Shown here piece by piece: positions 18,934 to 28,664 of a stretch of 58,181 bases of DNA. The translations under genes were made by a program, and so were the position numbers. Position 1 is the first letter of the stretch. Each line of letters starts with the position of its first letter. The DNA comes from an uncultured Verrucomicrobiota bacterium (GTDB lineage: Bacteria; Verrucomicrobiota; Kiritimatiellia; CAIKKV01; CAIJXV01). Where the stretch lies: the NCBI GenBank assembly GCA_964497135.1, contig CAZCDO010000003.1, positions 1-58,181 on the forward strand, given 5' to 3'. A model generated the notes under the pieces. That model had not been told where the DNA came from. It was given only the letters and a program-made list of their open reading frames with translations, and searched no databases.

Positions 18934-19815
18934 CTACATGTAACCCCCGCGCCGCAAGGTCTCCAATCCCCCGCCATCTTCCTTGTCCTGCTCGCGACCC
19001 GACCGTTCGGCGATGTCGGCGAATTTTCCACTGCGCAACTCCGTGATGATCTCCGGAACCGTCCGGGCGGTCGATTCCACCGGGCTCGTGCAGGGATAAC
19101 AGCCCAGCGATCGGTAGCGTTTGCCGTCCCCGCGGTCGAAATAGAGCGAAATAATGGGAATGTTTTCACGGTCGATATATTCCCAGATATTCAGCTCGGT
19201 CCAATCGAGTAAAGGATGAATCCGCACATGGGTGCCCGGTGCGAAGTCCGTTTTATATTGCTTCCAGAGTTCCGGAGGTTGATCGCCCACATCCCACTCG
19301 CTGTGCTGGTCCCGGGCGGAGAAGTAGCGCTCCTTGGAGCGACTGCCTTCCTCGTCGGCCCGCGCACCCACAATCGCCCCGGTGAAGGCTCCGGGTTTCA
19401 GTTCCGGTTCGAGGCGGTTGGTCGCGTGATCCATCCGCAGGCGGGGCCATTCGCCGGACAGGGTGTGTTTGAGCGCCTCGCTTTTCAGTGACCGGCAGCA
19501 TTCGACCCGGGTCAACTTTCCGTCGGGAAAGGTATGCTTCGCCGCCAGAGCGGTGCGATTTTCGCCGACGATCAAGTCCAGGTGCCATTCGCGCGCCATT
19601 TGGTCGCGATAGGCGATCATCTCGGGAATTTTGAAGTGGGTATCGACATGCATCAGCGGGAAAGGCACATGGCCGAAAAAGGCCTTGCGCGCCAGCCAAA
19701 GCAGGACCGTGCTGTCCTTGCCGATGGACCAGAGCATCACCAGGCTCTTGAATTCCCGGTAGGCTTCCCGGAGGATGTGAACACTGGTCGCTTCAAGTCG
19801 GTCGAGATGGGTCAT
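18934..19815 (-). CDS. cysD: Sulfate adenylyltransferase small subunit
   Basis: [35 protein letters not shown]. Confidence 0.95.
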   Translation of the reverse strand: MTHLDRLEATSVHILREAYREFKSLVMLWSIGKDSTVLLWLARKAFFGHVPFPLMHVDTHFKIPEMIAYRDQMAREWHLDLIVGENRTALAAKHTFPDGKLTRVECCRSLKSEALKHTLSGEWPRLRMDHATNRLEPELKPGAFTGAIVGARADEEGSRSKERYFSARDQHSEWDVGDQPPELWKQYKTDFAPGTHVRIHPLLDWTELNIWEYIDRENIPIISLYFDRGDGKRYRSLGCYPCTSPVESTARTVPEIITELRSGKFADIAERSGREQDKEDGGGLETLRRGGYM

Positions 19816-19829
19816 AAGGTCATCCTGTC

Positions 19830-20534
19830 TTAAATGGTCCAATTTGGCACATGCAAGCCGCATTCCTTGTGTCCGGCCTGTTCCCAGGGCCAGCGCCCGC
19901 TTCGGGGATCATCGCCCGGCTCTACCGCCTGGGTACAGCAGGCGCATCCGATGGACGGATATCCCCGGTCGAGCAGGTGATTATAGGGAATCCGATGCTT
20001 CAGGATGTAGGTGTGTACCTCTTGGGCTGACCAATCGGCCAGAGGATTAATTTTGAGAATACCCCCATGAGCGGTATCCCGTTCTATTTTCCGAATCGAC
20101 CCACGGGTCACATTATCATCCCGGCGCATCCCGGTGATCCAGGCATCCAGGCCGGCCAGGGCGCGGTTGAGCGGTTCGACTTTACGGATAAAGCAGCATT
20201 CCCGACGGTTTTCGAGACTTTTTTTGAATGAAAAAGGGCCTTTTTCGGTTTCCAGCTTTTCCACGGATTCATGCCGGGGGAAATACCATTCAATACGGAC
20301 CCCGAGTTGCGCCCGGATTTCCTCGGCACAGAGATAGGCCTCTTCGGGGAGGCGACCGGTATCAATTGAAAATACGCGGACATCCGGTTTAATTTGTCGG
20401 ACGAGATGGATGAGGACAGAATCTTGCAAACTGGAGGCGATGGCGATGCGGGGGTGGAACTTGTTCAAGGCCCAGTGCAAAATGTTCTCAGACGATTCGT
20501 CCCCGGAATACCCCGTTGCATCTTCAGTAATCAT
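19830..20534 (-). CDS. cysH: APS reductase, Fe-S type
   Basis: [29 protein letters not shown]. Confidence 0.93.
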   Translation of the reverse strand: MITEDATGYSGDESSENILHWALNKFHPRIAIASSLQDSVLIHLVRQIKPDVRVFSIDTGRLPEEAYLCAEEIRAQLGVRIEWYFPRHESVEKLETEKGPFSFKKSLENRRECCFIRKVEPLNRALAGLDAWITGMRRDDNVTRGSIRKIERDTAHGGILKINPLADWSAQEVHTYILKHRIPYNHLLDRGYPSIGCACCTQAVEPGDDPRSGRWPWEQAGHKECGLHVPNWTI

Positions 20535-20590
20535 AGCGGTTATTTTCTCTGCCTCAGTTTTGCTGGGAAGCAGTCTTCCCGGGTCAAACA

Positions 20591-20646
20591 ATACCTAGTA
20601 AGCCGATAGAGTTACTAGATAGTAACATTCTGGGAAACAATGGCAA
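20591..20646 (-). promoter_or_regulatory. Putative sigma70 promoter of the sulfur cluster with an overlapping palindromic operator
   Basis: Minus strand TTGCCA-16 nt-TACTAT with TGn extension; inverted repeat gttacta-ga-tagtaac at 20611-20626 covers the -10. Confidence 0.5.
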
Positions 20647-20779
20647 GCGTTTTTTTGAAAAATATCGGCGTGACTAAAAAAGCCACGATGCCGTGGTAGC
20701 CTGATATATAGTAAAGAAACCGGGATGAATTAAGTCGTGCGGGACGCCCGGCTTTACCAGGGGAGAGGGCATCAGGGCG

Positions 20780-21958
20780 TTAAGGGGGTGGGCAGGACCG
20801 CCCGTTTATCTCAATCTCCTCCGCCCGGAGGGTGAGGGGATCGCCCAGAAGACGCGGAGCCAGCCAGTGGACCCGTTCGCCCCGCTCGATATGGACCAAT
20901 TCTTTGACCCGAGTGCGGGTCAAGCTGCGGGTTTGAATTTCACAGGGATAGAGTTGACCATCCGCGGCGCAAGACCAGGTGCAAACCTTGCCTTTATGTT
21001 CACTAATGGGCGCGACCAGTCGGGCCCGATCCATCGTCCCGGGTTGAAGCCCCGGCGGGTACGATGGGGTCAGGGCCAGAAAACAGAATTTCAAAAAAGG
21101 AATCTGGTGGGCCATGCGACGATTCACGACAACCAGGGAGCTCGGCGGTGTCCACCGCCGAACTTCATGGCACCAAACCTCCCCCTTGCGAAGCAGGGGA
21201 CAGGGTTCAGCATGGAGGCACGGGCCCAGGATCCGGGCCGTCCGGGCGGCGCTGATGGCGTCGCGCAAAATCTCAAGCCGTTCCGCACAAAGATGTAAGG
21301 CGGGTTCCAGGATCAGGAGCAGCCCGTCGGGGGCGAGGCGACTGACCAGATTTTCGATCCAGCGGAAGACCGCCTCGGGTGCGGCATTAACCATAAGTTC
21401 ATTCAGCGTGGAACCCACGAGGATGATATCCCAGGGGTCATGGAATCGATCCAAACCGGGCATCAGGTCCCCGGGCACAACGGTCCATCGGCCCTGCGGC
21501 CAAAGGGTGGTGCGGTATTTTTGGGCGATGGAATCGGCATGACGCAGGCTTTCGGTGGAGTGATCCAGGGCCCAGACTTTGAAGGGCAATTCCGGAGCCT
21601 GTTGGGCGATGGCGGCGCCGACCGCGAAACCGGTGGCGCCGGTTCCGGCGCCCAGATCGAGAATTTTAAGGGAACGGTCCGTGGGCAGACGCCAGCCGGC
21701 TGGACCGCAACATTCGTTAAACACCCACTGGGTTTTGATAAAGGATTGGGGAAAGAAGAACAGGCCATACGCGAGCGCTTCGGCGGCGGACGCGATATAG
21801 GGTTCAAACCGATCCGGGCGTTCCTTGGTAAACAGGTCGCTCAGCCGTTGGACGGTCGGCTCGAGTTGGGCGGCGGCTTCGGCAAAGGGAGCGGCAGGGC
21901 TGAGACGCCGGGCGCACTCCATCCAATATTGTTCAAGGCTGGGAGGGTAAAGAATCAT
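20780..21958 (-). CDS. Rsm22-family SAM-dependent methyltransferase
   Basis: ILDLGAGTG, LILEP, GPCLHAEPCPL, WCHE. Confidence 0.75.
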   Translation of the reverse strand: MILYPPSLEQYWMECARRLSPAAPFAEAAAQLEPTVQRLSDLFTKERPDRFEPYIASAAEALAYGLFFFPQSFIKTQWVFNECCGPAGWRLPTDRSLKILDLGAGTGATGFAVGAAIAQQAPELPFKVWALDHSTESLRHADSIAQKYRTTLWPQGRWTVVPGDLMPGLDRFHDPWDIILVGSTLNELMVNAAPEAVFRWIENLVSRLAPDGLLLILEPALHLCAERLEILRDAISAARTARILGPCLHAEPCPLLRKGEVWCHEVRRWTPPSSLVVVNRRMAHQIPFLKFCFLALTPSYPPGLQPGTMDRARLVAPISEHKGKVCTWSCAADGQLYPCEIQTRSLTRTRVKELVHIERGERVHWLAPRLLGDPLTLRAEEIEINGRSCPPP

Positions 21959-22029
21959 GGGCGTATGATAAGGGGTTAGGCGGGGAATCGCAAGCTCCGC
22001 TTAAAAAGAGCTGCTTTAATTCAGGTTGA

Positions 22030-23841
22030 TTACCGCAAAACAGGCCATTGCGGCTCAAAGCGGATTTCATCCAACCAAAAGGTGACCGAAGGGTCGGTTG
22101 ACCGGGCACACAGTTCATAACCTTCCACGGGACCCGTCGGTGCGGGACAGTTAAGGGTGAAGAATTGCCATTCTTCCCGTCCGGCGATCATTTTGGGGGC
22201 GATCGAATCGGGGGATGGGACGGGACGCGAATCGACGGACAAGTCCCGGCGTAAGCGATCCACAACCGGTCGGCTCCAATCCGGGGGGATAACCGGTCGG
22301 ACTTGAATTTCAACCGGGCCGGCCGGTCGGGCTTTGACCCAACCCGTCAAACGATGGGATAAGGTGGGCACGTGCAATAATTTTAAGGTGATCCAGGAAG
22401 CGGTCCGTCCCCCCGCCGGCGGATCGATACGGAGGCTTTGTCGGCCGCTCTTGAAAACCGCTGAATCGGCGGCACCCGGCAGAAGCCCGCACCCGACCAG
22501 TTGTTTGACTTCGTCCGGTTCGAAATCGCCCCAAGGAAAACCGTTCACATCGGGAGGATCAAGGGGCGACTCGATTCCCAGTTGGCGGGGAATGACGGTT
22601 TGGGGCAGGGTTGAAGAGAGGACATTCCGATCATCCACCGCATTGCCATAGACCAACAGGGGCAGATCGGGATCGGGCACCGGAAGATAGGTTTCACAGG
22701 TCCAGGGGGCGTTGGGCGCGACGGGGGGAATAATTTTAACCGGGAACGGCTGATGGAGGCGATGAACCCAGCCCTGCCAGGGAACGGTGGGTCCGAAACT
22801 GACGAGCACTTCAGCGTGGACCACCGGATTAGCGCCGGTGACGGACCAGCCCACTTTCAGTCCTCGGGCATCGCGCCGGATAAAAAGGTCCTGGGCCTGG
22901 TTGTAAGCGGGCCGGACCGGCGGCAATCCCTTATCTTCCGGGCGGGCGAGTTGGGTGTCGAACCAATCGATCAGCTGTTGGTCCAGGGCTTCAGAGAAGC
23001 CATGGTCCCAATGGGGAAGGATGGCGAGACGCATGTCCCCCAGGGACCCGCGGGCGGTTTCGATCACGGCGGGGAAGTGAAACCAATGATCGTTGGCCGC
23101 GACGCCCCAGATAAAAGGGACCGCTCGTTGACGGAGACGCCAGGCGGGATCGATGGTTTTTCCCCAAAGTTCAACCTGATCGCGGCTGTTCAAGCCTGTA
23201 AATTGGGGAAGGTGCGAGCCCAACTCGTGATGCCCGCCGGCGAAGAAGCTCATTCCGGCCTTGATCCGGGGGTCGGCCCCGGCGATCAGGGTTGCGAAAA
23301 AACCGCCATAAGAGGAGCCCCCGATCCCGATGCGAGCGGGATCGAGTTCCGGGCGTTGGGTCAAATAGGTGATCCCGCGCATTTGGGCGACAGCGAACGC
23401 GGTCAGGTTTCCGTCCTGTAAAGCCTGACCCTCGAAAAGGGGCGGAGGGGGGAGGGGAGCGGAGGGGAGGGTGAGGGTGAGCGTGATATACCCTTTACGG
23501 GCAAATATTCCCGACCAATATTTATTGGCAGGGGCCATGCCCGGCATACTGAAAAAAACCGCCGGGTGGCGTCCTTCCGAGGGCGGGAGACCGAGAAGGC
23601 CGGAAACCCGGATGGGTGTGCCGCTGAAGGTCTGACTGGTGAATTCGACGGTTTCGAAACGCAGACCGTTTTCGGTTTCGGTTTTCAGGATCCGGGCATC
23701 GAGGGGATCGTGGAAGATCGCCTGCAAATCGAAACTCGGATCGGCGGGTATCGGGTTGGAGGCGGGTGTGGCCGGCGTGGCGACCGGCAGAAGCAGGAGG
23801 ACCGCCCAACGGAAACGGCGAAGAACGAAAAGTGTGGACAT
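22030..23841 (-). CDS. Secreted alpha/beta hydrolase (acetyl esterase-like) with C-terminal CBM-like domain
   Basis: Signal peptide; GSSYGG nucleophile elbow, NDHWF, HWDH; C-terminal SGRQSLRI..FWLDEIRF. Confidence 0.7.
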   Translation of the reverse strand: MSTLFVLRRFRWAVLLLLPVATPATPASNPIPADPSFDLQAIFHDPLDARILKTETENGLRFETVEFTSQTFSGTPIRVSGLLGLPPSEGRHPAVFFSMPGMAPANKYWSGIFARKGYITLTLTLPSAPLPPPPLFEGQALQDGNLTAFAVAQMRGITYLTQRPELDPARIGIGGSSYGGFFATLIAGADPRIKAGMSFFAGGHHELGSHLPQFTGLNSRDQVELWGKTIDPAWRLRQRAVPFIWGVAANDHWFHFPAVIETARGSLGDMRLAILPHWDHGFSEALDQQLIDWFDTQLARPEDKGLPPVRPAYNQAQDLFIRRDARGLKVGWSVTGANPVVHAEVLVSFGPTVPWQGWVHRLHQPFPVKIIPPVAPNAPWTCETYLPVPDPDLPLLVYGNAVDDRNVLSSTLPQTVIPRQLGIESPLDPPDVNGFPWGDFEPDEVKQLVGCGLLPGAADSAVFKSGRQSLRIDPPAGGRTASWITLKLLHVPTLSHRLTGWVKARPAGPVEIQVRPVIPPDWSRPVVDRLRRDLSVDSRPVPSPDSIAPKMIAGREEWQFFTLNCPAPTGPVEGYELCARSTDPSVTFWLDEIRFEPQWPVLR

Positions 23842-23955
23842 GGAGACCTCCGGATGGTGCGGGAAGAACGGTGATAGAATACCGAAATCAAGCTCCGGAA
23901 GGCAAGGGGCGCTTTTTTCTTTGCGGAACGCGTGGGGTGGGATAGGATGGAATCT

Positions 23956-24417
23956 ATGAAAAAACAAGGGTTATTAAAGACAATGCGGCGGACCCGGGCC
24001 GGGTTTACCTTTTTGGAAATCCTGGTCACGATCCTGATCATCAGCATTCTGTCGGGCGTGGTGGGCTTATCGGTGATCCGGCATTTGAGTCAGGCCCGGA
24101 TGGAAGCGGCGCGGGCCCAAATCAAAACCCTGCAAACCGCCCTGCAAATCTATCGCTCGGAGCAGGGCAATTATCCCACCCAGGAACAAGGCTTGATGGT
24201 GTTATGCCAAAAACCCACGACCGAACCGATTCCCCGGACCTATCCGGAGGAGGGTTACCTGTCCAGTCTGCAACCTCCGCTGGATCCTTGGAAAAACGAA
24301 TATATTTTCTTGATTCCCGGCCGGCAGGGGGAACCTTTCGAGGTGCTCAGTTATGGGAGTGACGGCGAGCCGGGCGGCGAAAAGGAAGCGGCCGATTTGT
24401 CGAGTTCCGACCGGTGA
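23956..24417 (+). CDS. gspG: Type II secretion major pseudopilin
   Basis: G/FTFLEI prepilin site, YPTQEQGL, DPWKNEY, SYGSDGEPGG. Confidence 0.9.
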   Translation: MKKQGLLKTMRRTRAGFTFLEILVTILIISILSGVVGLSVIRHLSQARMEAARAQIKTLQTALQIYRSEQGNYPTQEQGLMVLCQKPTTEPIPRTYPEEGYLSSLQPPLDPWKNEYIFLIPGRQGEPFEVLSYGSDGEPGGEKEAADLSSSDR

Positions 24418-24418
24418 A

Positions 24419-24808
24419 ATGAAATCCTCCGGATTTACCCTGATCGAAAACCTGGTGGCCCTGCTGGCCTTGGTCGTGGTGGTGACGGCCTTGCTGGCGG
24501 TCCACTTGAATATTTTGCGCGCGGAAAAAACCGCGCGCCAACTGCAGGAGTCCTGCCGGGCGGCGGAAGCGGTCCTTGCCCGCCAGGTGTTTGGTTTGAC
24601 GCCTGCGGCGGTTGAGACCAATACGCTGTCCGAGCTGGTGGTGACCTCCGAGCCGGTCCTGGGCGACGCCTTGGAATCGCAGGGGCAAGCTTGGGAGCGG
24701 TGGACGATTGCGCCGAGCAACCGGCCGGGGCTGGGGGTCCAATTTGATCTGATCGATAAAGGGGGATCCCCCACCTCCGTGCCCGCCGCGAAAAACTTGG
24801 TCCGGTGA
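24419..24808 (+). CDS. Minor pseudopilin-like protein
   Basis: MKSSG/FTLIE N-methylation motif followed by a hydrophobic helix. Confidence 0.75.
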   Translation: MKSSGFTLIENLVALLALVVVVTALLAVHLNILRAEKTARQLQESCRAAEAVLARQVFGLTPAAVETNTLSELVVTSEPVLGDALESQGQAWERWTIAPSNRPGLGVQFDLIDKGGSPTSVPAAKNLVR

Positions 24809-24880
24809 TTCAGCCGGGCAATGTCTCACTGTGAAAACGCCCCCGTTGGGCAGGCTTGCCTTGGCGGCGTCTTTGGGTTT

Positions 24881-24919
24881 CTCCCTCCCCCCGGCGAGGG
24901 GGAGGGCGGGGTGAGGGGG
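24881..24919. repeat. CCCTCACCC-type GC-rich palindromic repeat family; other copies near 25462, 35593, 35729, 35860, 41211, 42987, 43060, 57353, 58061, 58131
   Basis: Consensus ccccctcacccNNccctccccc(t/g)cgccggggggaggg in both orientations, often as inverted pairs. Confidence 0.88.
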
Positions 24920-25049
24920 ATCCTCTGCGGAATAAATTAAAAAGGTTCATTCTGAATAAGTGTGGGTGATTGGTGTTTCGTGGGCAGGCGAGGAGTATTA
25001 CGCGAATTCCAGGTTGCCATTCCACACCCAACTGACGGGACAGCGATTC

Positions 25050-25437
25050 ACCACTGAGTCACCGCGACACGGAGGTGAAATTCAGAAAACCGCAGATGCG
25101 GCCAGCCTTCGCACGCAACGTGCCAAGCCAGTCCGCGATGGTTCGTGAAGGAGCAGGAGAGCACAGAACAACTCCTGTGAACTCGATTCCCTCAAGAGAG
25201 CCCGCGGGCTGGATTGAAAGGCCGCCTTTCGAGACGGCCCGCATCGGGGTTCGCGACGTCTTCCTCTCAACCTCCGTGCCCCAGTGCCTTCGTGGTGAAT
25301 CATCGGGAGAACGACGAGGAGCAGGTTTAACCACAGAGCCACGGGGGCACGGAGGGGGCCAACCGATGCGGCCTGTCTTCGCGCGGGGCGCGCCAAGCCA
25401 GTCCGCGATGGTTCTTGAAGGAGCAGGAGAGCACAGA
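25050..25437. repeat. Two-copy direct repeat (73-bp core, 270-bp period) with accacNgagNcac..cacggagg-type repeats
   Basis: gatgcggcc...gccaagccagtccgcgatggttc(g/t)tgaaggagcaggagagcacaga at 25095-25167 and 25365-25437. Confidence 0.85.
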
Positions 25438-25589
25438 TGGAGTTGAAAAACATACAAGGAGCCCCCTCACCCTACCCTCCCCCTCGCCGGGGGGAGGGTT
25501 AAACCTGCATCGCTTAATTGCCGATGTTCTCTCGGCGTCCCCTGAAAAAGGGCGGGGTGAGGGCACCCCGGCTCCACAGGCTAACCTCA

Positions 25590-25952
25590 TTAGAGGGGCA
25601 ACGGGGGAACCGGCGGGGGGCGGGGTTTCACGCGTCTCCAGACATCGACGAGGCTTACGGCGTAAACTCCCGTCAAACAAAGAATCCAGATAAACATGCC
25701 GCCCAGCATACGTCCGTAGTGGACCTCCGGCAGTGGGGCGTTCGCATCGCCGATCGCCGCGGAAGCCTGTTGCATGAAAAGCCGGATTTGCGCCCAGAAT
25801 TCTATAAAAAAAAGGACGGCAAACGCGGTTGCGAGGGCGGCGAAAATGAGACCAAATACCGGGCGGCCCAGAAGGAAATGGCCAATTCCGGGATAGACCA
25901 GGGCATAGTAAAAGGCATCCCGGGAAGGCCGGCTGTTTTTTTTGTCATTCAC
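25590..25952 (-). CDS. Hypothetical membrane protein
   Basis: YPGIGHF motif and hydrophobic helices; GTGA overlap with the potD stop. Confidence 0.7.
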   Translation of the reverse strand: MNDKKNSRPSRDAFYYALVYPGIGHFLLGRPVFGLIFAALATAFAVLFFIEFWAQIRLFMQQASAAIGDANAPLPEVHYGRMLGGMFIWILCLTGVYAVSLVDVWRRVKPRPPPVPPLPL

Positions 25953-27004
25953 TCCGCGGCCTTGATCTCGTCCCACATCCGGGTATACAGCGGGAGCGCC
26001 TCGCCAATATCATCGATCATTTCGCTTTTGGCGCGGATGGCGGGATCGAGAAAAATCGAGGGGTTTTCGCGGATGTCCGGGGAGAGCAGGCGGTAGGCGC
26101 CGGTATTGGGGCAGAGATACTGGATGAATTCGGTGTTTTCCTTGGCCACTTGGGGGTCATGCAGGAAGTTGATGAACTGATGGGCTAATTCAACCTGGGT
26201 GGCCGATTGGGGGATAACCAGATCGTCGCAGGAGATGCTGGTGCCCTCGCGGGGAATGGCAAACGCAATATCTGGATTTTCGCTCTGGACTTGGAGGATA
26301 TCGCCGCTATAGCCGTGGACGAGGAGGAATTCGCCGGAGGCGAGGCCGGTTTTATATTGCTCGTTTTCGAACTTGGCCAGGTTCTTTTTCCAGCGGATGA
26401 CGATATCGCGGGCTTCGGCCAATTCCTGGGCGTTGGTGGAATTCAAACTGAATCCGCTGAACTTGAGGGCCGCGCCGATGGTTTCGCGCATGTCATCGAG
26501 GAGGGTCATTCGGCCTTTCAGCGAGACCGCATCGAACATCGCCCAGGTGGGTTGGAAATCGGCCACTTTGCTTTTGCGGTAGGCGATGCCGGTATTGGTC
26601 AGCATATACGGGACGCTGTGATGCAGGGTCTTATCGAGGGAGATCTTCAGATGTTCGGGGTCGATCTGGATAAGGTTGGGGATCAGCTCGTGGCGCAGGG
26701 GCTGGAGCAGGCCCTGATCGAAGAGCGTCTTGACCATGTAGCTGGACGGCGTGATCAGATCGTAGCCGCCGGCGCCGGCCTGGAGTTTGGCGTGCATGGC
26801 TTCGTTGGAGTCGAACGTGTCGATGACGACGCGGCAATGGTGTTCGGTTTCGAAGCGGGCGACCAGTTCGGGTTTGATGTAATCGGCCCAGGTATAAAGA
26901 TGCAAAACGGTGCGCGGCGGACGGCAGGCGATCCCCCCGGCGGCGGCGAGCAGGGTGCAACCGAGCGCGATTTTCAGGCATGTTCCCCAAACGCTGGATT
27001 TCAT
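25949..27004 (-). CDS. potD: Spermidine/putrescine ABC substrate-binding lipoprotein
   Basis: Lipobox-like GIAC, LYTWADY, FDSNE, PSSY, PREG. Confidence 0.9.
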   Translation of the reverse strand: MKSSVWGTCLKIALGCTLLAAAGGIACRPPRTVLHLYTWADYIKPELVARFETEHHCRVVIDTFDSNEAMHAKLQAGAGGYDLITPSSYMVKTLFDQGLLQPLRHELIPNLIQIDPEHLKISLDKTLHHSVPYMLTNTGIAYRKSKVADFQPTWAMFDAVSLKGRMTLLDDMRETIGAALKFSGFSLNSTNAQELAEARDIVIRWKKNLAKFENEQYKTGLASGEFLLVHGYSGDILQVQSENPDIAFAIPREGTSISCDDLVIPQSATQVELAHQFINFLHDPQVAKENTEFIQYLCPNTGAYRLLSPDIRENPSIFLDPAIRAKSEMIDDIGEALPLYTRMWDEIKAAE

Positions 27005-27771
27005 TTTTTTTCTCCGATCAGGTGTTGACTGAATCCCACGAGCGCAAATGTTACCACGAGCAACAAGGTTGACAACGCATTTATCATCGGCGGGGAGCCG
27101 TGTTTGATCAGACTATAAATACGGATGGGCAGGGTGGTGGCCCCGGGCCCGGCGACGAAAAAGGAGATGACGAAATCGTCGATCGAGAGGGTGAAAGCGA
27201 GGAGCGCGCCGGAGGCGATGCCGGGTGCGAGCAGGGGAAGCGTGACCCGGCGGAACGCCGTCCAGGATCCCGCGCCGAGGTCGTGGGCCGCCTCGATCAG
27301 CCCTTCATCGAAATCCTGGAGGCGGGCGAGTACGACCATGGCGACATAGCTGATGCAGAAGGTGACGTGCGCCAGGAAGATCGAAAAAAGACCCAAAGGC
27401 AAACCGATGGCGACAAAGAACAGCAGCAGGCTCATGCCCATTAATATTTCCGGCATGACCAGGGGCGTATAAATGAGGAGGTAATGGACGCGTTGCATGC
27501 GGCTGGAGTAGCGGTGCAAGGCGAAAGCGGCCGACGTGCCGAGGAGGGTGGCGACTCCGGTGGCGGTGACCGCAATCAGGAGCGTATTACGCAGGGCGAG
27601 CCAGACTTCGCGCGACTCAAACAGGCGGATATACCAGCGCCAGGAGAAGCCTTCCCATCCGCCGCCGAAGCGCGACGCGTTGAATGAGTTCAGGACCAGG
27701 ATGACGATCGGGAGATAGAAGAAAATCAGGATGGCCAGGGTGACCAGGAAAGGGAGCCGGCTGCGTTTCAT
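27001..27771 (-). CDS. potC: Spermidine/putrescine ABC permease
   Basis: FFYLPI, EAAHDLGA, FTLSIDDF. Confidence 0.9.
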   Translation of the reverse strand: MKRSRLPFLVTLAILIFFYLPIVILVLNSFNASRFGGGWEGFSWRWYIRLFESREVWLALRNTLLIAVTATGVATLLGTSAAFALHRYSSRMQRVHYLLIYTPLVMPEILMGMSLLLFFVAIGLPLGLFSIFLAHVTFCISYVAMVVLARLQDFDEGLIEAAHDLGAGSWTAFRRVTLPLLAPGIASGALLAFTLSIDDFVISFFVAGPGATTLPIRIYSLIKHGSPPMINALSTLLLVVTFALVGFSQHLIGEKK

Positions 27772-28664
27772 GAGTCCTCCAGAATCGTGGGCTCGGGCCG
27801 GTTTTTTTTGCCTTGGAGCCACAGCACTCCGGTCATCGGGGCCAGGACGGCCAGGGTCAGGAGGGCGGAGAGCCCGGCCGCGTGGGGAAGGTTGCGGTCG
27901 GCGAAAGTGCGCTGGGCGATTTTATTGCCGATCATTTCGCTGGTCGGTCCGCCGACCAGGTCGGGAATGACATACGAGCCGAGGGCCGGGATGAAAACGA
28001 CCAGAAAGGCGGTCACCAGTCCGCGGCGGATACCGGGCAAAAAAATTCGGAAGAAGGCGCGCAGAGGACCGGCGCCGAGATCGCGGGCGGCCTCCAACAG
28101 GCGGAAGTCGAATTTTTCAGCGGCGGCGAAAATCGGGAGGATGGCGAACGGCAGGCAGGTATAGACCATGACCAAAAGGACAGCGCCTGGATTGTAGAGC
28201 AGGGAATCCTCGGATCCCAGCAAACCCAGAAAGACCAGGACTTTTTTAATCGCACCCTCGGGATGCAAGAGAATCTTCCAGGCGAAGATGCGAATGAGAA
28301 AGCTGGTCCAAAAAGGCAGAATGACCAGGAGCAGGAGAAACCGGCGCCAGGGTTGGGCGGCGCGGGCGATGGTGTAGGCGGCAGGAAGCGCGAACAGGAG
28401 GCAGAGTGCGGTGGTGGCCAGGCTGATCCAGACCGTGCGCCAGACAATGGCCGGGTAATTGGGATTGCCCAGACTATTGAACGTGGCCAGGGTCCAGCCG
28501 GCATCGATTCCCCCGTGGGGCGAGGCGGGTTTGAAAAGGATGGCAAAGACGATCAGGGTGGGGACCAGGAACAGGAGGCCCAACCAGAGGAAGGAAGGAG
28601 CGGTCGTGAGAGCTTCGCGAAGCTTCCGACGCGGCGACGGGGAGGGTTGAGTGGGGGCGGTCAT
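27768..28664 (-). CDS. potB: Spermidine/putrescine ABC permease
   Basis: PFWTSFLIR, LPFAILP, EAARDLGA, PDLVGG. Confidence 0.9.
   Translation of the reverse strand: MTAPTQPSPSPRRKLREALTTAPSFLWLGLLFLVPTLIVFAILFKPASPHGGIDAGWTLATFNSLGNPNYPAIVWRTVWISLATTALCLLFALPAAYTIARAAQPWRRFLLLLVILPFWTSFLIRIFAWKILLHPEGAIKKVLVFLGLLGSEDSLLYNPGAVLLVMVYTCLPFAILPIFAAAEKFDFRLLEAARDLGAGPLRAFFRIFLPGIRRGLVTAFLVVFIPALGSYVIPDLVGGPTSEMIGNKIAQRTFADRNLPHAAGLSALLTLAVLAPMTGVLWLQGKKNRPEPTILEDS

Noticed and set aside
20535-20780. SAM riboswitch or T-box upstream of the sulfur cluster
   Set aside because: No consensus elements seen, and the predicted leader is short
25050-25437. Possible CRISPR array
   Set aside because: Only two long imperfect units, no spacer periodicity and no cas genes
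24810-25693. Small ORFs in repeat-rich spacers (also 35561-35857, 42809-43263, 53817-54371)
   Set aside because: Peptides such as PLTLPSP and GEGRVRG are translations of the repeats
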